Assembly (NCBI RefSeq): GCF_035084215.1
Contig: NC_090333.1
Coordinates: 58,776,001-58,840,000 of the forward strand
Direction: 5' to 3'
DNA: 64,000 bases
Origin: Heptranchias perlo
Taxonomy: Eukaryota
In this document: positions 13,559 to 26,699 of the stretch, in pieces
Position numbering within the stretch: position 1 is the first letter of the stretch
Layout: each line of letters starts with the position of its first letter
Made by a program: the position numbers and the translations under genes
Notes under the pieces: model-generated
Databases searched by the model: none
Told to the model about the DNA's origin: nothing
Seen by the model: only the letters and a program-made list of their open reading frames with translations

Positions 13559-15033
13559 ATAGAATCATAGAAGTTACAACATGGAAACAGGCCCTTCGGC
13601 CCAACATGTCCATGTCGCCCAGTTTATACCACTAAGCTAGTCCCAATTGCCTGCACTTGGCCCATATCCCTCTATACCCATCTTACCCATGTAACTGTCC
13701 AAATGCTTTTTAAAAGACAAAATTGTACCCGCCTCTACTACTGCCTCTGGCAGCTCGTTCCAGACACTCACCACCCTTTGAGTGAAAAAATTGCCCCTCT
13801 CCCCTCTCACCTTAAATCTATGTCCCCTCGTTATAGACTCCCCTACCTTTGGGAAAAGATTTTGACTATCTACCTTATCTATGCCCCTCATTATTTTATA
13901 GACTTCTTTAAGATCCCCCGAAACCTCCTACTCTCCAGGGAAAAAAGTCCCAGTCTATCTAACCTCTCCCTATAAGTCAAACCATCAAGTCCCGGTAGCA
14001 TCCTAGTAAATCTTTTCTGCACTCTTTCTAGTTTAATAATATCCTTTCTATAATAGGGTGACCAGAACTGTACACAGTATTCCAAGTGTGGCCTAACTAA
14101 TGTCTTGTACAACTTCAACAAGACATCCTAACTCCTGTATTCAATGTTCTGACCAATGAAACCAAGCATGCCGAATGCCTTCTTCACCACCCTATCCACC
14201 TGTGACTCCACTTTCAAGGAGCTATGAATCTGTACTCCTAGATCGCTTTGTTCTATAACTCTCCCCAACGCCCTACCATTAACGGAGTAAGTCCGATTCG
14301 ATCTACCAAAATGCATCACCTCACATTTATCTAAATTAAACTCCATCTTTCATTCATCGGCCCACTGGCCCAATTTATCAAGATCCCGTTGCAATCCTAG
14401 ATAACCTTCTTCACTGTCCACAATGCCACCAATCTTGGTGTCATCTGCAAACTTACTAACCATGCCTCCTAAATTCTCATCCAAATCATTAATATAAATA
14501 ACAAATAACAGCGGACCCAGCACCGATCCCTGAGGCACACCGCTGGACACAGGCCTCCAGTTTGAAAAACAACCCTCTACAACCACCCTCTGTCTTCTGT
14601 CGTCAAGCCAATTTTGTATCCAATTGGCTACCTCACCTTATGTAACAACCTACCATGTGGTACCTTGTCAAAGGATTTGCTGAAGTCCATGTAGACCACG
14701 TCTACTGCACAGCCCTCATCTATCTTCTTGGTTACCCCTTCAAAAAACTCAATCAAATTTGTGAGACGTGATTTTCCTCTCACAAAACCATGCTGACTGT
14801 TCCTAATCAGTCCCTGCCTCTCCAAATGCCCGTAGATCCTGTCTCTCAGAATACCCTCTAACAACTTACCCACTACAGATGTCAGGCTCACCGGTCTGTA
14901 GTTCCCAGGCTTTTCCCTGCCGCCCTTCTTAAACAAAGGCACAACATTTGCTACCCTCCAATCTTCAGGCACCTCACCTGTAGCTGTCGATGATTCAAAT
15001 ATCTCTGCTAGGGGACCTGCAATTTCCTCCCTA
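13559..15033 (-). mobile_element. CR1/HER1 LINE, RT domain and 3' UTR, 5'-truncated
   Basis: ORF fragments [52 protein letters not shown] and RPHLEYCVQFWSP; ctatgattctat tail. Confidence 0.95.
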
Positions 15034-16229
15034 GTTAGCTAAGAAATGTTTAGATCTGTGAATGTCATTGTAATCTGGAACAGTAAGTCACAGAATCATC
15101 CTTATTACTCTTCCCTGAACCCTCTCCATTGGATCAATGTCCTTTTGAACATTGGATGCCCAAAACTCCACATAATAATCCAAATCTGACCTCAACAATG
15201 ATCTAAACACGGTAAATCTAAACTTGTTTGGATGTACAGTCAAACAATACCCTTGCAATGCATCCTGTATGTGACTTGCCTTGTTCTTAGCTTTACATTA
15301 GCAGGACACTTCCAGTGAGTTACTTCGAGTTACATTGAGTCAGCAGCACAGAAACAGGCTATTCGGCCCAACTGGTCTATGCCAGCATTTATGCTGCACA
15401 AGAGCCTTCTCCCACCCCTCTTCATCGAACCCTATCAGGATACCCTTCTATTCCTTTCTCCCTCATTTGCTTATCTAGCTTCCCCTTAAATGCATCGATG
15501 CTATTTGCCTCAACTATACCTTGCGGTAGCGAGTTCCACATTCTCACCACTCTTTGGGTAAAGAAGTTTCTCCTGAATTCCCTATTGGATTTATTTGTGA
15601 TTATTTGATATTTATGACCTCTAGTTTTGGACTCCCCACAAGTGGAAACATTTTCTCTATGCCGACCCTAACAAACCCTTTCATTATCTTAAAGACCTCT
15701 ATCAGGTCACCACTCAGCCTTCTCTTTTCTAGAGAAAAGAGCCCCGGCCTGTTCAGCCTTTCCTGGTAAGGATATCCGCTCAATTCTGGTATCATCCTCG
15801 TGAATCTTTTTTGCACCTTCTCCAATGCCTCTATATCCTTTTTACAATATGGAGACCAGAACTGTGCACAATACTCCAAGTGTGGTCCAACCGAGGTTCT
15901 ATACAAGTTTAAGGAATCTTACAACACCAGGTTATAGTCCAACAATTTTATTTTAAAATCACAAACTTTCGGAGATTATCCCCTTCGTCAGGTGAATGAG
16001 TGAAAGATTCTCAAATCGCATATCTTATATTAGGCTGGGACAGCATCACACCAATCAAAAGGTGTCGTTGTTGTTCAAACAGGCCAGTCACGGAGAACAG
16101 CACGTCCCAGTACACTGGATATACATTGTGTCAATTACACAGACAGAAAGAAAGAGACCCAAATGGCAGAGAGAGAGAGAGAGGGAATATTAAAACACAT
16201 AACTTTTTTTTCCCTTTTTGCTGGTGGGG

Positions 16230-16511
16230 TTACGTGTAGCGTGACATGAACCCAAGATCCCGGTTGAGGCCGTCCTCATGGGTGCGGAACTTGGCTATCA
16301 ACTTCTGCTCGACGATTTTGCGTTGTCGTGTGTCTCGAAGGCCGCCTTGGAGAACGCTGACCCGAAGATCAGTGGCTGAATGTCCTTGACTGCTAAAGTG
16401 TTCCCCGACTGGGAGGGAACCCTCCTGTCTGGCGATTGTTGCGCGGTGTCCGTTCATCCGTTGTCGCAGTGTCTGCATGGTCTCGCCAATGTACCATGCT
16501 CCGGGGCATCC
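16230..16511 (-). pseudogene. C-terminal fragment of PLE ORF (GIY-YIG endonuclease)
   Basis: GCPGAWYIGETMQTLRQRMNGHR...PVGEHFSSQGHS...RQRKIVEQKLIAKFRTHEDGLNRD shows the YIG, catalytic R, H, E and GLN motifs of PLE endonucleases. Confidence 0.9.
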
Positions 16512-16840
16512 TTAATAGCCAAGTTGATAGCCAAGTTGATAGCCAAGTTCCGCACCCATGAGGACGGCCTCAACCGGGATCTTGGGTTCATGTCACGCTA
16601 CACGTAACCCCACCAGCAAAAAGGGAAAAAAAAGTTATGTGTTTTAATATTCCCTCTCTCTCTCTCTCTGCCATTTGGGTCTCTTTCTTTCTGTCTGTGT
16701 AATTGACACAATGTATATCCAGTGTACTGGGACGTGCTGTTCTCCGTGACTGGCCTGTTTGAACAACAACGACACCTTTTGATTGGTGTGATGCTGTCCC
16801 AGCCTAATATAAGATATGCGATTTGAGAATCTTTCACTCA

Positions 16841-16878
16841 TTCACCTGACGAAGGGGATAATCTCCGAAAGTTTGTGA
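16841..16878 (+). ncRNA. Minimal type-I hammerhead ribozyme motif (mirror copy on minus strand at about 15959-15996)
   Basis: ttcac-CTGACGA-a-GGGG-ataat-CTCC-GAAA-gt-TT-gtga. Core boxes, stem II and stem I (tcac/gtga) are present; the stem III palindrome AGCT is mutated to AGTT. Confidence 0.75.
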
Positions 16879-19689
16879 TTTTAAAATAAAATTGTTGGAC
16901 TATAACCTGGTGTTGTAAGATTCCTTACATTTGTCCGCCCCAGTCCATCACCGGCATCTCCACATCATCTATACAAGTTTAACATAACTTCCCTGCTTTT
17001 CAATTCTATGCCTCTAGAAATGAACCCTAGTGCTTGGTTTGCCTTTTTTATGCTCTTATTAGCCTGTGTCATTACTTTTAGTGATTTACGTATCAACACC
17101 CCTAGATCCCTTTGCTCCTCTACCCCATTTAGATTCTTATTATTCAATCAATATGTGGCCTCCTTATTCTTCCTACCAAAATGCACAACCTCACACTTAT
17201 CTATATTGAAATTCATTTGCTAATTACATGCCCATTCTATAAGTTTATTAATGTCTTCTTGCATTTTAACGCATTCTTCCTTTGTATTAACTACACCCCC
17301 CAATTTGGTGTCGTCCGCAAATTTTGAAATTGTGCTTCCGATTCCTGAGTCCAAATCATTAATGTAAATTGTGAACAACAATGGTCTCACCACCGATCCG
17401 TGTGGAACACCACTTCCCACCTTTTGTCAGTCTGAGTAGCTACCCTTAACCCCTACTCTCTGTTTTCTGTTTTGTAGCCAGCTTGTTATCCATTCTGCTA
17501 CTTGTTCCCTGACTCCACGTGCTCTGACTCTAGTCATGAGTCTACAATGCGACCTTATCGAAGGCCTTTTGAAAATCCAAATATATTACATTAGCCTTGT
17601 CTACTCTTTCTGTTACTTCTTCAAAGAATTCAATAAGGTTGGTCAAGCATGACTTTCCCTTCTGAAATCCGTGCTGACTATTCTTTATTATATTTTTGTT
17701 TTCTAGATGTTTTTCTATTACATCTTTGAGTAAAGATTCCATTAACTTTCCTATCACCAACATTAAGCTAACTGGTTTAAAATTCCCTGGACTTGTTCTA
17801 TCTCCCTTTTTAAATATAGGAATCACATTAGCTGTCCACCTGTCCTCTGGTATTATTTCCTAAGGGAATAATGCCTCTGCTATCTCTTCCCTAACTTCTT
17901 TTAATATGCACGGATGCAATCCATCCGGACCAGGAGTTTTATCCTCTCTAAGTTTGATTACCTCTCCCCTTTCTATCTTAAATGTCTTAATATCTTTTTT
18001 GATCTCTTCTTCTAATGTCCACCTTGTTAGTCTCCCTGGTAAATACTGAGGCAAAGTAACTTCAATATTTCTGCTATTTCGCTGTCATTACCTGTGAGTT
18101 TATCTTTTGCATCCCTTAATGGCCCTATCCCTATCCTGATTTTTCTTTTGTTATTTATGTATCTGTAGAATACTTTACTATTTCTTTTTATATTCCTTGA
18201 TAGTTTAATTTTGTAGTTCCTCTTCGCTTTCCTAATTATGTTTTTTTTACTTTTTTCCTAACCTCTTTGTATTCCCTTTTGTCATCCTCTCCTTTATTGC
18301 CCGTGTACTTAGAATATGCCTTTGTCTTTAGTTTAAATTTTACCTTTATCTCTTTATTCATCCATGATGTTTCAATATTGGCTAGTTTGTTCTTAATTTT
18401 TAAAGGAATATATTTCTCCTGAACTCTGTTGATCACCATTTTAAATATTTCCCACTGCTGTTCTATCTCTTTGTCTGTCAAAATTTTTTCCATTTCACCT
18501 TCCCTAGTTCTATTCTCATCACCTCAAAATTAGCTTTATTCTAATCTATTACTTTGGTCTTTGTCTTACTTATATCTTTCCCAATCATTAGTTTAAACCT
18601 TATTATGTTGTGATCGCTATTGCCTAGATATTCCCCTATGCTTACTTCTCTTATCTGCTCCAGTTCATTTCCCATTACTAGATCCAGCGGTGATTCCTCT
18701 CTTGTTGGGCTTCTCACATACTGGTTGAGAACGGAATCCTGTACACACTGTAAAAACTCCATTCCTTTTTTCCCTTTCCCTACCTCTTTTTGACAGTTTA
18801 TTTGGGGGTAGTTGAAATCTCCCATGATTATTATTCAATGTTTTTTTACTCAATTCATAGATTTCCCACATATCTCTTCCTCCACTTCCCTTCCACTATT
18901 AGGTGGTCTGTAGAATATACCTATTAATGTGATTGATCCCTTCTTATCCTTTGTCTCAATCCAAATGGATTCTGTTTCTATCTTAATGTTACTTATGTCC
19001 CTTTTTTCTATTGTCATTATGTTGTCTCTAATTAGTACAGCTACCCCACCCCTCCTTCATCCTTCCCTATCCTTTCTAAATACGTTTTATCCTGCAATAT
19101 TTAACTGCCAATCCTGTTCTTTATGTAGCCATGTTTCAGTTACCCATACTACATCTGGCTCCTCACTGCAAATTATTGCCTACAGTTCCCCCATTTTGTT
19201 TTGGATGCTGTGCACATTGTTGTACAGGCAATTTAATTTGTTTTTAATAATTGTTCCCTTCAATTTATTTTTAACAGTCATTTTGTACTCATGTTCTAAA
19301 AATGTATTTGTTCCCTGACCGTTTATGTTACCCTTGTCTGACCTTTACTCTCATCTCCTGTTTCTTTTTTCTTCAGAGTTATGTTATTTTCACCAGATCC
19401 CCCACCCACTTCTCACTAGTTTAAAGTCCTATCCACAGCCCTATTTATCCTTTCTGCTAAGACACTGGTCCCATTCCGGTTCAGGTAGAGCCCGTCCCAG
19501 CGGCACAGCTCCAGTGAATGGTAAGTAACCACATCCAAATTCTTTTCCACTTTTGCTGATGCACATCTCTTCATCATGTGAACCTTTGATGTTTTCTGTT
19601 TTAAAGTACAATTTCTTACATTAATTTCTATTAAAATACATCTGCCATTCCTTAGGCCTATCCGATTGGTCTGGAATTCCTTGAAAGTT

Positions 19690-21720
19690 AGCACTTGCTG
19701 ACACACTGGGACTTACATTAGGGACAATCTATACGTGCAGGGGAGTTTATCGAAGTACGTCAGATGAGGGAACCATAAGCGTCAAACATTATTGGATTTG
19801 CCCCTAATTAATGACAAGTATTCAGCCAAGTTGGAGTATGGGAACATTTAAAAGGAAGGGTATGGATACAAAATGGGAGTGTTTTAAAGAAGTATTTTTC
19901 TTATATTGCCGAGGCAGTTTATCCCAGAAACAGATTAAGGGTTAAACAAGAGAATAAAATTAACATGGATGAAAGAGGATGTCATGGAAGGCATTAGCGA
20001 GAAAGAATGTACAAAATTCTGAAATGTGCAGAGTAGAAACTGAATAGGGAGAACTGTAACACAAAGCAAAGGAAGGCCAAGAAACTGATAAAAGACACAA
20101 ATGGGGAGCACAAGAGGAATATATCAGAAAATATAAAGGACAACAACAAAGCATTCCTTAAGTACATCAAATCTGAGAGAAGGGTATAGAGGGAGATGGG
20201 CTATTTACCAGTGGCAGTGCGGAGATAGTGTCTCAGGCCAGGGAAGTGGCAGAATTCCAAATCATTATTTTGTGACTGTGTTTACCTTTGAAAGGGGAGA
20301 GAGATGCTTGAGTTTGGGAGGAGTAGGAGGGAGAGGGCAGACTGGAAGGCAAATGGCATGTTGGCCTTTATTGCAAGGGGGTTGGAGTATAAAAGTAAGG
20401 AAGTCTTATTACAGTTGTACAGGACACTGGGGAGACCTCACCTGGAGTGCTGTGTACAGTTTTGGTCTCTTTATCTAAGGAAGGATATAATTGCCTTAGA
20501 GACGGTGCAACGAAGGTTCATTAGATTAATTCCTGGGATGAGATGTCCTTTGAAGAGAGGTTGAGCAGAATGGGCCTATACTCTCTGGAATTTAGAAAAA
20601 TGAGAGGTGATCTCATTGAAACATATAAGATTGTGAGGGGACTTGACAGGATAGATGCTGAGAGGCTGTTTCCCCTGGATGGAGAGTCGAGAATTAGGGG
20701 GCATAATAGCAGGATACGGGGTTGGCTATTCAAGACTGAGATGAGGAGGAATTTCTTTAAGCAGAGGATTGTGAATCTTTGGAATTCTCTACCCCAGAGG
20801 GCTGTAGATGCTGAGTCATTGAATATATTCAAGACTGAGATGGATAGATTTTTGGACTCTAGGAGAATCAAGGGATATGGGGATCGCGCAGGAAAGTGGA
20901 GTTGAGGTCGAAGATCAGCCATGATCTGATTGAATGGCAGAACAGACTCGAGGGGCGATATGACCTACTCCTGCTCCTATTTCTTACATTCTTCTGTAGA
21001 AAATTTTAGGAAGCTGAAGGTAAACAAGGCTCAAGGCTCTGACATTTTCCATCAAAGGTGCTGGTGGAATTAACTGAGGAAATTGCTAACCCCTTGACTC
21101 AAAGCTCAATGGAATTGGGTAACATCCTAATGGGTTGGAAAGTAGCAGATATGGCCCTCAATTTTAAAAAGGAGCAAGGGAGGAACACTCAAATTGCTGA
21201 CCTGAGCTCCTTACCTCAATTATATGGAAAGTCTTTAAGACTTAGATAGCAAATGGAAAAAACAGGTCTGATTAGAGAGATCCAACATGGGTTCAGAAGG
21301 GGCAGGCCATGTTTGATCAATTTACTCTGAGTTCTTTGAGGAGATTACAGATCTGGTGGATGTGTGTTATCTACATGGATTTCAGGAAAGCAGTTGATAT
21401 GGTCCCATATAATAGACTAATTCACAAGGTGGGTGCCCATTGGATAGATTAAGCTGAATGATGCATGGTTGAAAGGTAGATAACAGAAGGGGAGGCACAT
21501 GGGGAGTTGTCAGAGTAGAAAACAGTAAATTGCGATTTTTCTAAATGACTTGAAGAACAGAATATTGTCAAAGGTGTCTAAGTTTGTGGTTGACACTAAT
21601 TTGGTGCATAGTCAATAACGTGTGATAATCCAAAGGGATCTGGACGGACTAGATTAATGGGCAGAGGGGTGGCCGATGGAGTTCAACTTGGATAAGTGTA
21701 AAGTAATGAGATTAGAGATG
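19690..21720 (+). mobile_element. Old CR1 fragment with a younger CR1 3' end nested at about 20340-20995
   Basis: Younger copy reads RPHLECCVQFWS...RGDLIETYKI...WNSLPQRAV. Decayed RT motifs continue at 21000-21720. Confidence 0.8.
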
Positions 21721-22369
21721 TCACATTGTGGGGTTTCTGACTATTTATCCACGGAAGGATTTTGGTTAATAAATTAAATTCATCCCATGAGGATTAATCC
21801 ATAATACAGTGTCTGGGGACGTGAATTAAGGATCAACACATGAGGAATTAGGCCCAGCCCAAGCATCTATCTAGTATGGTATTTCTCACATTCCACATCA
21901 GGTTGAGACAGCAGATTCATTAAAACATCCCAGAAATTAGATTGGGTGATTACGCTTCACTGCTCAGGCCCAGTTAAAATACAGTTGTGATTCCATTGAC
22001 ATAATAGGACACCCATTTGTGTTAATTCACAAGGTTCCCGCTCTCTTCTAGCAGGCACCTCAGCCGCCTAACTGCAGTGAGCAGTTAAAATGGTGGCCAG
22101 AGGGATTCTAGTGGGGCAGTAAGGCACATTCTCCATTTTAAGCCTCCCGCTCTGTTCCCATCAGCCAGGGTGGGTTAAATCGGTCCCCTGATCTTTTAAC
22201 TTGTTTATTACTGCAAAAATATGAACAAAATATATTTCAAATAACTCAAAAAGCTTATGTTGCTCAATTACTCAAAACAGTTAATAATCATAATATGTGA
22301 AACCATCAGCCACCAGCTCATTTGACAACCAGCCCCTTACCATCATGCAGGGACTCCTTATATCCTATC

Positions 22370-23235
22370 ATGAGGCTATAGACAGGCTGGTGAAATGGGC
22401 GGACATGTGGCAGATGAAATTTAGCGCAGAAAAATGTGAAGCGATACATTTCGGTAGGAAGAACAAAGAGAGGCAATATAAACTAGAGGGCACAATTCTA
22501 AAAGGGGTAGAGGAACAGAGAGATCTGGGGGTATATGTGCACAAATCATTGAAGGTGGCAGGGCAGGTTGAGAAAGCGGTTAAAAAAGCATACGGGATCC
22601 TGGGCTTTATAAATAGAGGCATAGAGTACAAAAGCAAGGAAGTTGTGATGAACCTTTATAAAACACTGGTTCGACCACAACTGGAGTATTGTGTTCAGTT
22701 CTGAGCACTGCACTTTAGGAAGGATGTGAAGGCCTTAGAGAGGGTGCAGAAAAGATTTACTAGAATGATTCCAGGGATAAGGGACTTTAATTATGTGTAT
22801 AGACTGGAGAAGCTGGGGTTGTTCTCCTTGGAACAGAGAAGATTGAGAGGAGATTTGATAGAGGTATTTAAAATCATGAAGGGTCTAGACAGAATAGACA
22901 GAAACTGTTTCCATTGGTGGATGGGTCAAGAACCAGAGGACATAGATTTAAAGTGATTGGAAAAAGAACCAAAGGTGACATGAGGAAAAACTTTTTTACA
23001 CAGCGAGTGGTTAGGATCTGGAATGCACTGCCCGAGGGGGTGGTGGAGGCAGATTCAATCGTGGCTTTCAAAAGGGAACTGGATAAGTACTTGAAAAGAA
23101 AAAATTTGCAGGGCTACGGGGATAGGGTGGGGGAGTGGGACTAGCTGGATTGCTCTTGCATAAAGCTGGCACGGACTCGATGGGCCGAATGGCCTCCTTC
23201 CATGCTGTAACCTTTCTATGATTCTATGATTCCAT
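22370..23235 (+). mobile_element. CR1 LINE 3' portion
   Basis: WADMWQMKFSAEKCE...RPQLEYCVQF...WNALPEGVVEA; tail ttctatgattctatgatt. Confidence 0.93.
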
Positions 23236-24329
23236 GAGGGATGAAACACAAGCAGCCTTTGGCTTTAGAGGTTTGCTGGTTGCCCAAAGGAATTCCAGAA
23301 ATCTTAAGGTAACAACCAAAATGTTTAATTGAGTATTTTCAGACTCATTAATTAAACAACTGATTTGATTGAATTGCTAACTGAATGTTTCATTTTCATT
23401 AACTGTGTTTATTTGATGCAGCAACAAATTGTGAGTAGACTCGCTGTAATGAGTTCAGCATCACAGGGAACCAAGACTATCACCATTATTAACTCTCTGG
23501 TACATTCACAATGGATAAAAGCTCTTCTGAGGCCAACATTCACTTCAATATAATCCCCTCTGATATATGAACATCTACATTTTATTATAACTGCCTATCT
23601 AATAGAGCAACTATACAAATAGTGGCTTTTAACATGCATCTCCTTTCAGGCATATTGTTATATACTATATCTATATTACAGTCTTGCCTCCAGAGGCAGT
23701 GCCATGACATAAATGGGGTGTAGTCCATGCTTCCACAGGCAGAGAACAATACCACGAAAGGTGGTTTTGTTACCTGCATCCAGTGACCAAGTGCAGATGG
23801 TTGCAGCCCTTTGATTTTCATGTTGCTGGTCAGTACGAACACTCCTCTGACCTTGGTGAAGGTTCATGGTCAGAATGGTAGTGTTTGTGTTTGTGACTTT
23901 TGAACAATTGTGGACACGCAGTTCCAATATTCCAGTCTGTGCTCTGAATCCATCCCATAGTATAAATGGGAAGAATTTGGAACATAGGAAACATTGAAGC
24001 AATGGTGAGGGTCCATTGCAGTTAAATAGCACACAAAGGTAGTGGATTATTTGCCAATATCAGTCATGAACAGAATGTGAGAGCTTATGGGACTGTTGGC
24101 CAAAAGCATCTCAGTGGTGCTGATCAAAAGTATAAATCCATGGAGGAAAAGATACTGCCTCTTACGATCAAATATTAACGATAACTGCTAAGAGCAGGGT
24201 ACATAATCTCCCAAATTATAGCCTTTTATGCTTGTAGCTGTGCATATCCCCTTTTTTCCAATTTGTTCTCAGGAGCAAGGTCACATTCACTGCCCATTCC
24301 TAGTTGCCCTGATAGATTGAGAGGTGATA

Positions 24330-26690
24330 TCATAGTATCATAGTGTGGTACAGTACAGAAAAAGGCCATTTGGCCCATCGTGCCTGTGCCAACTCTTTGA
24401 AATAGCTATCCAATTCGTCCCAATCCACTGCTCTTTCCCCAGAGCCCTGTAAATATTTTCCCTTCAAGTATTTATCTAATTCCCTTTTGAAAATTACTAT
24501 TAAATCTGTTTCCACCATCCTTTCAGGCAGTGCATTCCACATTACAACAACTTACTGCGTAAAAAATGTTTCCTCATGTTGCCTCTGGTTCTTTTGCCAA
24601 TCACCTTAAATCTGTGTCCTCCATTTACTGACCCTCCTATCACTGGAAACAGTTTCTCCTCATTTACTCTATCAAAACCTTTATGATTTTGAACACTCTA
24701 TCAAATCTCCTCTTAATCTTCTCTTCCCCAAGGAGAACAGTCCCAGCTTTTCCAGTCTCTCCACATAACAGTCTCTCCCACAAATCTGGTATCATTCTAG
24801 TAAATCTCTTCTGCACCCTCTGTCAGGCCTTGACATCCTTCCTAAAGTGTGGTGCCCAGAATTGTACACAATACTCTAGCTGAGGCCTAACCAGTGTTTT
24901 ATAAAGGTTTAGCATAACTTCCTTGCTTTTGTACTTTATGCCTCTATTAATAAAGCCAAGGATCTCATATGCCTTTTTAACAGCTTGCTCAACTTGTCCT
25001 GCCACCTTCAAAGATTTGTGTACATACACCTCCAGGTCTCTCTGTTTCCGCACTCCCTTTAAAATTGTGCCATTTAGTTTATATTGCCTCTTCTCATTCT
25101 TTCTACCAAAATGTATCACTTCTCACTTCTTTGCGTTAAATTTCATCTGCCACGTGTCTGCCCATTTCACCAGTCTATATCCTCCCGAAGTCTATTATTA
25201 TACTCCACATTGTTAAATACATTTCTGAGTTTCGTGTTATCTGCAAACTTTGAAATTATACCCTGTACACCCAAGTCCAGGTCATTAATATATATCAAAA
25301 TAGCAATGATCCTAATACCGACCCCTGGGGAACACCACTCCGGTCTGAGCCAATTTTGTATCCATGCTGCCATTGTCCCTTTAATCCCATGGGCTTTAAT
25401 TTTGTTAACAAGTCTATTATGTAGTACTTTATCAAATGCTTTTTGAAAGTCCATGTAAACATCAACCGCACTACCCTCATCAATCCTCTCCGTTACTTCA
25501 TCAAAGAATTCAATCAAGTTAGTCAAACGTGATTTTCCTTTCACAAATCCGTGCTGACTTTCATTTATTAGCTCATACATTTCCAACTGCCAATTAATTT
25601 TGTCCCAGATTATTGTCTCTAAAAGTTTTTCCATCATCGACGTTAGGCTGACTGGCCTGTAATTGCCGGGTTTATCCCTCTCCCCTTTTTTGAACAGGGG
25701 TATGACTTTTACAATCCTCCAGTCCTCTGGCACCAGTCCCATATCTAAGGAGGATTGGAAGATTGTGGCCAAAACCTCCGCAATTTCTACCCTTACTTCC
25801 CTCAGCAACCTAGGATGCATCCTATCTGGACCGGGTGACTTTTCTACTTTGAGTATTGCCAACCTTTTCAGTACTTGCTCTTTATCTATTTTTATTCTCT
25901 CCAATATCACTACTACCTCCTTCTTTACTGTTACATTGGTGAAGTATTCATTTATTACCTAAGCCATATCCTCTGCCTCCACAAGAAGATCTTTTTTGTC
26001 TCTAATTGGACCCACCCTTTCTTTGACTACCATTTTACTATTTATATGTTTATAAAAGAGTTTCGTATTCCCTTTTATGTTAGCTGCTAATCTATTCTCA
26101 GAGCCCCTCTTACTTCCTTTTTTAGATCTCCTCTGTACTTTCTCTATTCAGCTTGGTTCTCTACTATATTATGAATCTTACATTTATCATAAGCCTCCTT
26201 TTTCTGTTTCATTTTAATCTCTGTACCTTTAGTCATCCAGGGAGCTATAGTTTTGGATGCCCTTCCTTTCCCCCTCCTGGGAACGTGACTACTCTGTACC
26301 CGAACCATCTCCTCCTTGAAGGCCTCCCATTGTTTAATTACTCTTTTGCCTACCAATTTTTGATTCCAATCCACCTGGGCAAGATCCCTTTTTAACTCAC
26401 TAATTAGCCCTCCTCCAGTTAAGTATTTTTACATTTGATTGTTCCTTGTCTATGTCCATAAGTATTCTAAACCTGGTGATATTATGATCATTGTTCCCCA
26501 AATGCTTCCCCACTGAAACATGCTCCACTTGCCCCATTTCATTTCCCAGAACTAGATCCAGCACTGCTTCCTTCCACGTTGGGCTGGAAACACACTGATC
26601 AAGAAAGTTCTCTTGTACACATTTCAGGAATTCCTCCTCCTCTTTGCCCTTTACACTGCTACTATCCCAGTCTATATTGGGATAATATCA
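24330..26690 (-). mobile_element. CR1 LINE (endonuclease end, RT, 3' UTR)
   Basis: 247-aa fragment with SPGPDRMHPR, PGNYRPVSLTS and DFQKAFDKV; frameshifted. Confidence 0.93.
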
Positions 26691-26699
26691 TTGCCGGTT

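Larger units (their letters stand above)
15913..16967 (+). mobile_element. Penelope-like element (GIY-YIG type), 5'-truncated with long inverted duplication, nested in a CR1 LINE
   Basis: Inverted arms 15910-16304 and 16533-16927 (395 bp; mirror ORFs translate identically). 15-bp TSD tctatacaagtttaa at 15898-15912 and 16968-16982. GIY-YIG fragment, hammerhead motifs and 3' tail ccccagtccatcaccggcatctccacatca are present. Confidence 0.93.
15325..19510 (-). mobile_element. Long CR1 LINE (ORF1 C-terminus, APE endonuclease, RT, 3' UTR), interrupted by the Penelope element
   Basis: WDGLYLNRNGTSVLAERI (ORF1 esterase end), MGDFNYPQI and GNSDHNII (endonuclease), KFADDTKLGG (RT). The sequence rejoins seamlessly across 15912/16983. 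Confidence 0.93.

Noticed and set aside
16515-16550. Short direct repeats suggesting a CRISPR-like array
   Set aside because: Vertebrate DNA, 12-nt units with no spacers; explained as a retrotransposition junction.
15996-16841. Two pairs of identical 65-aa and 79-aa ORFs on opposite strands
   Set aside because: They are by-products of the inverted repeat and read the PLE 3' UTR antisense; there is no protein-family signal.
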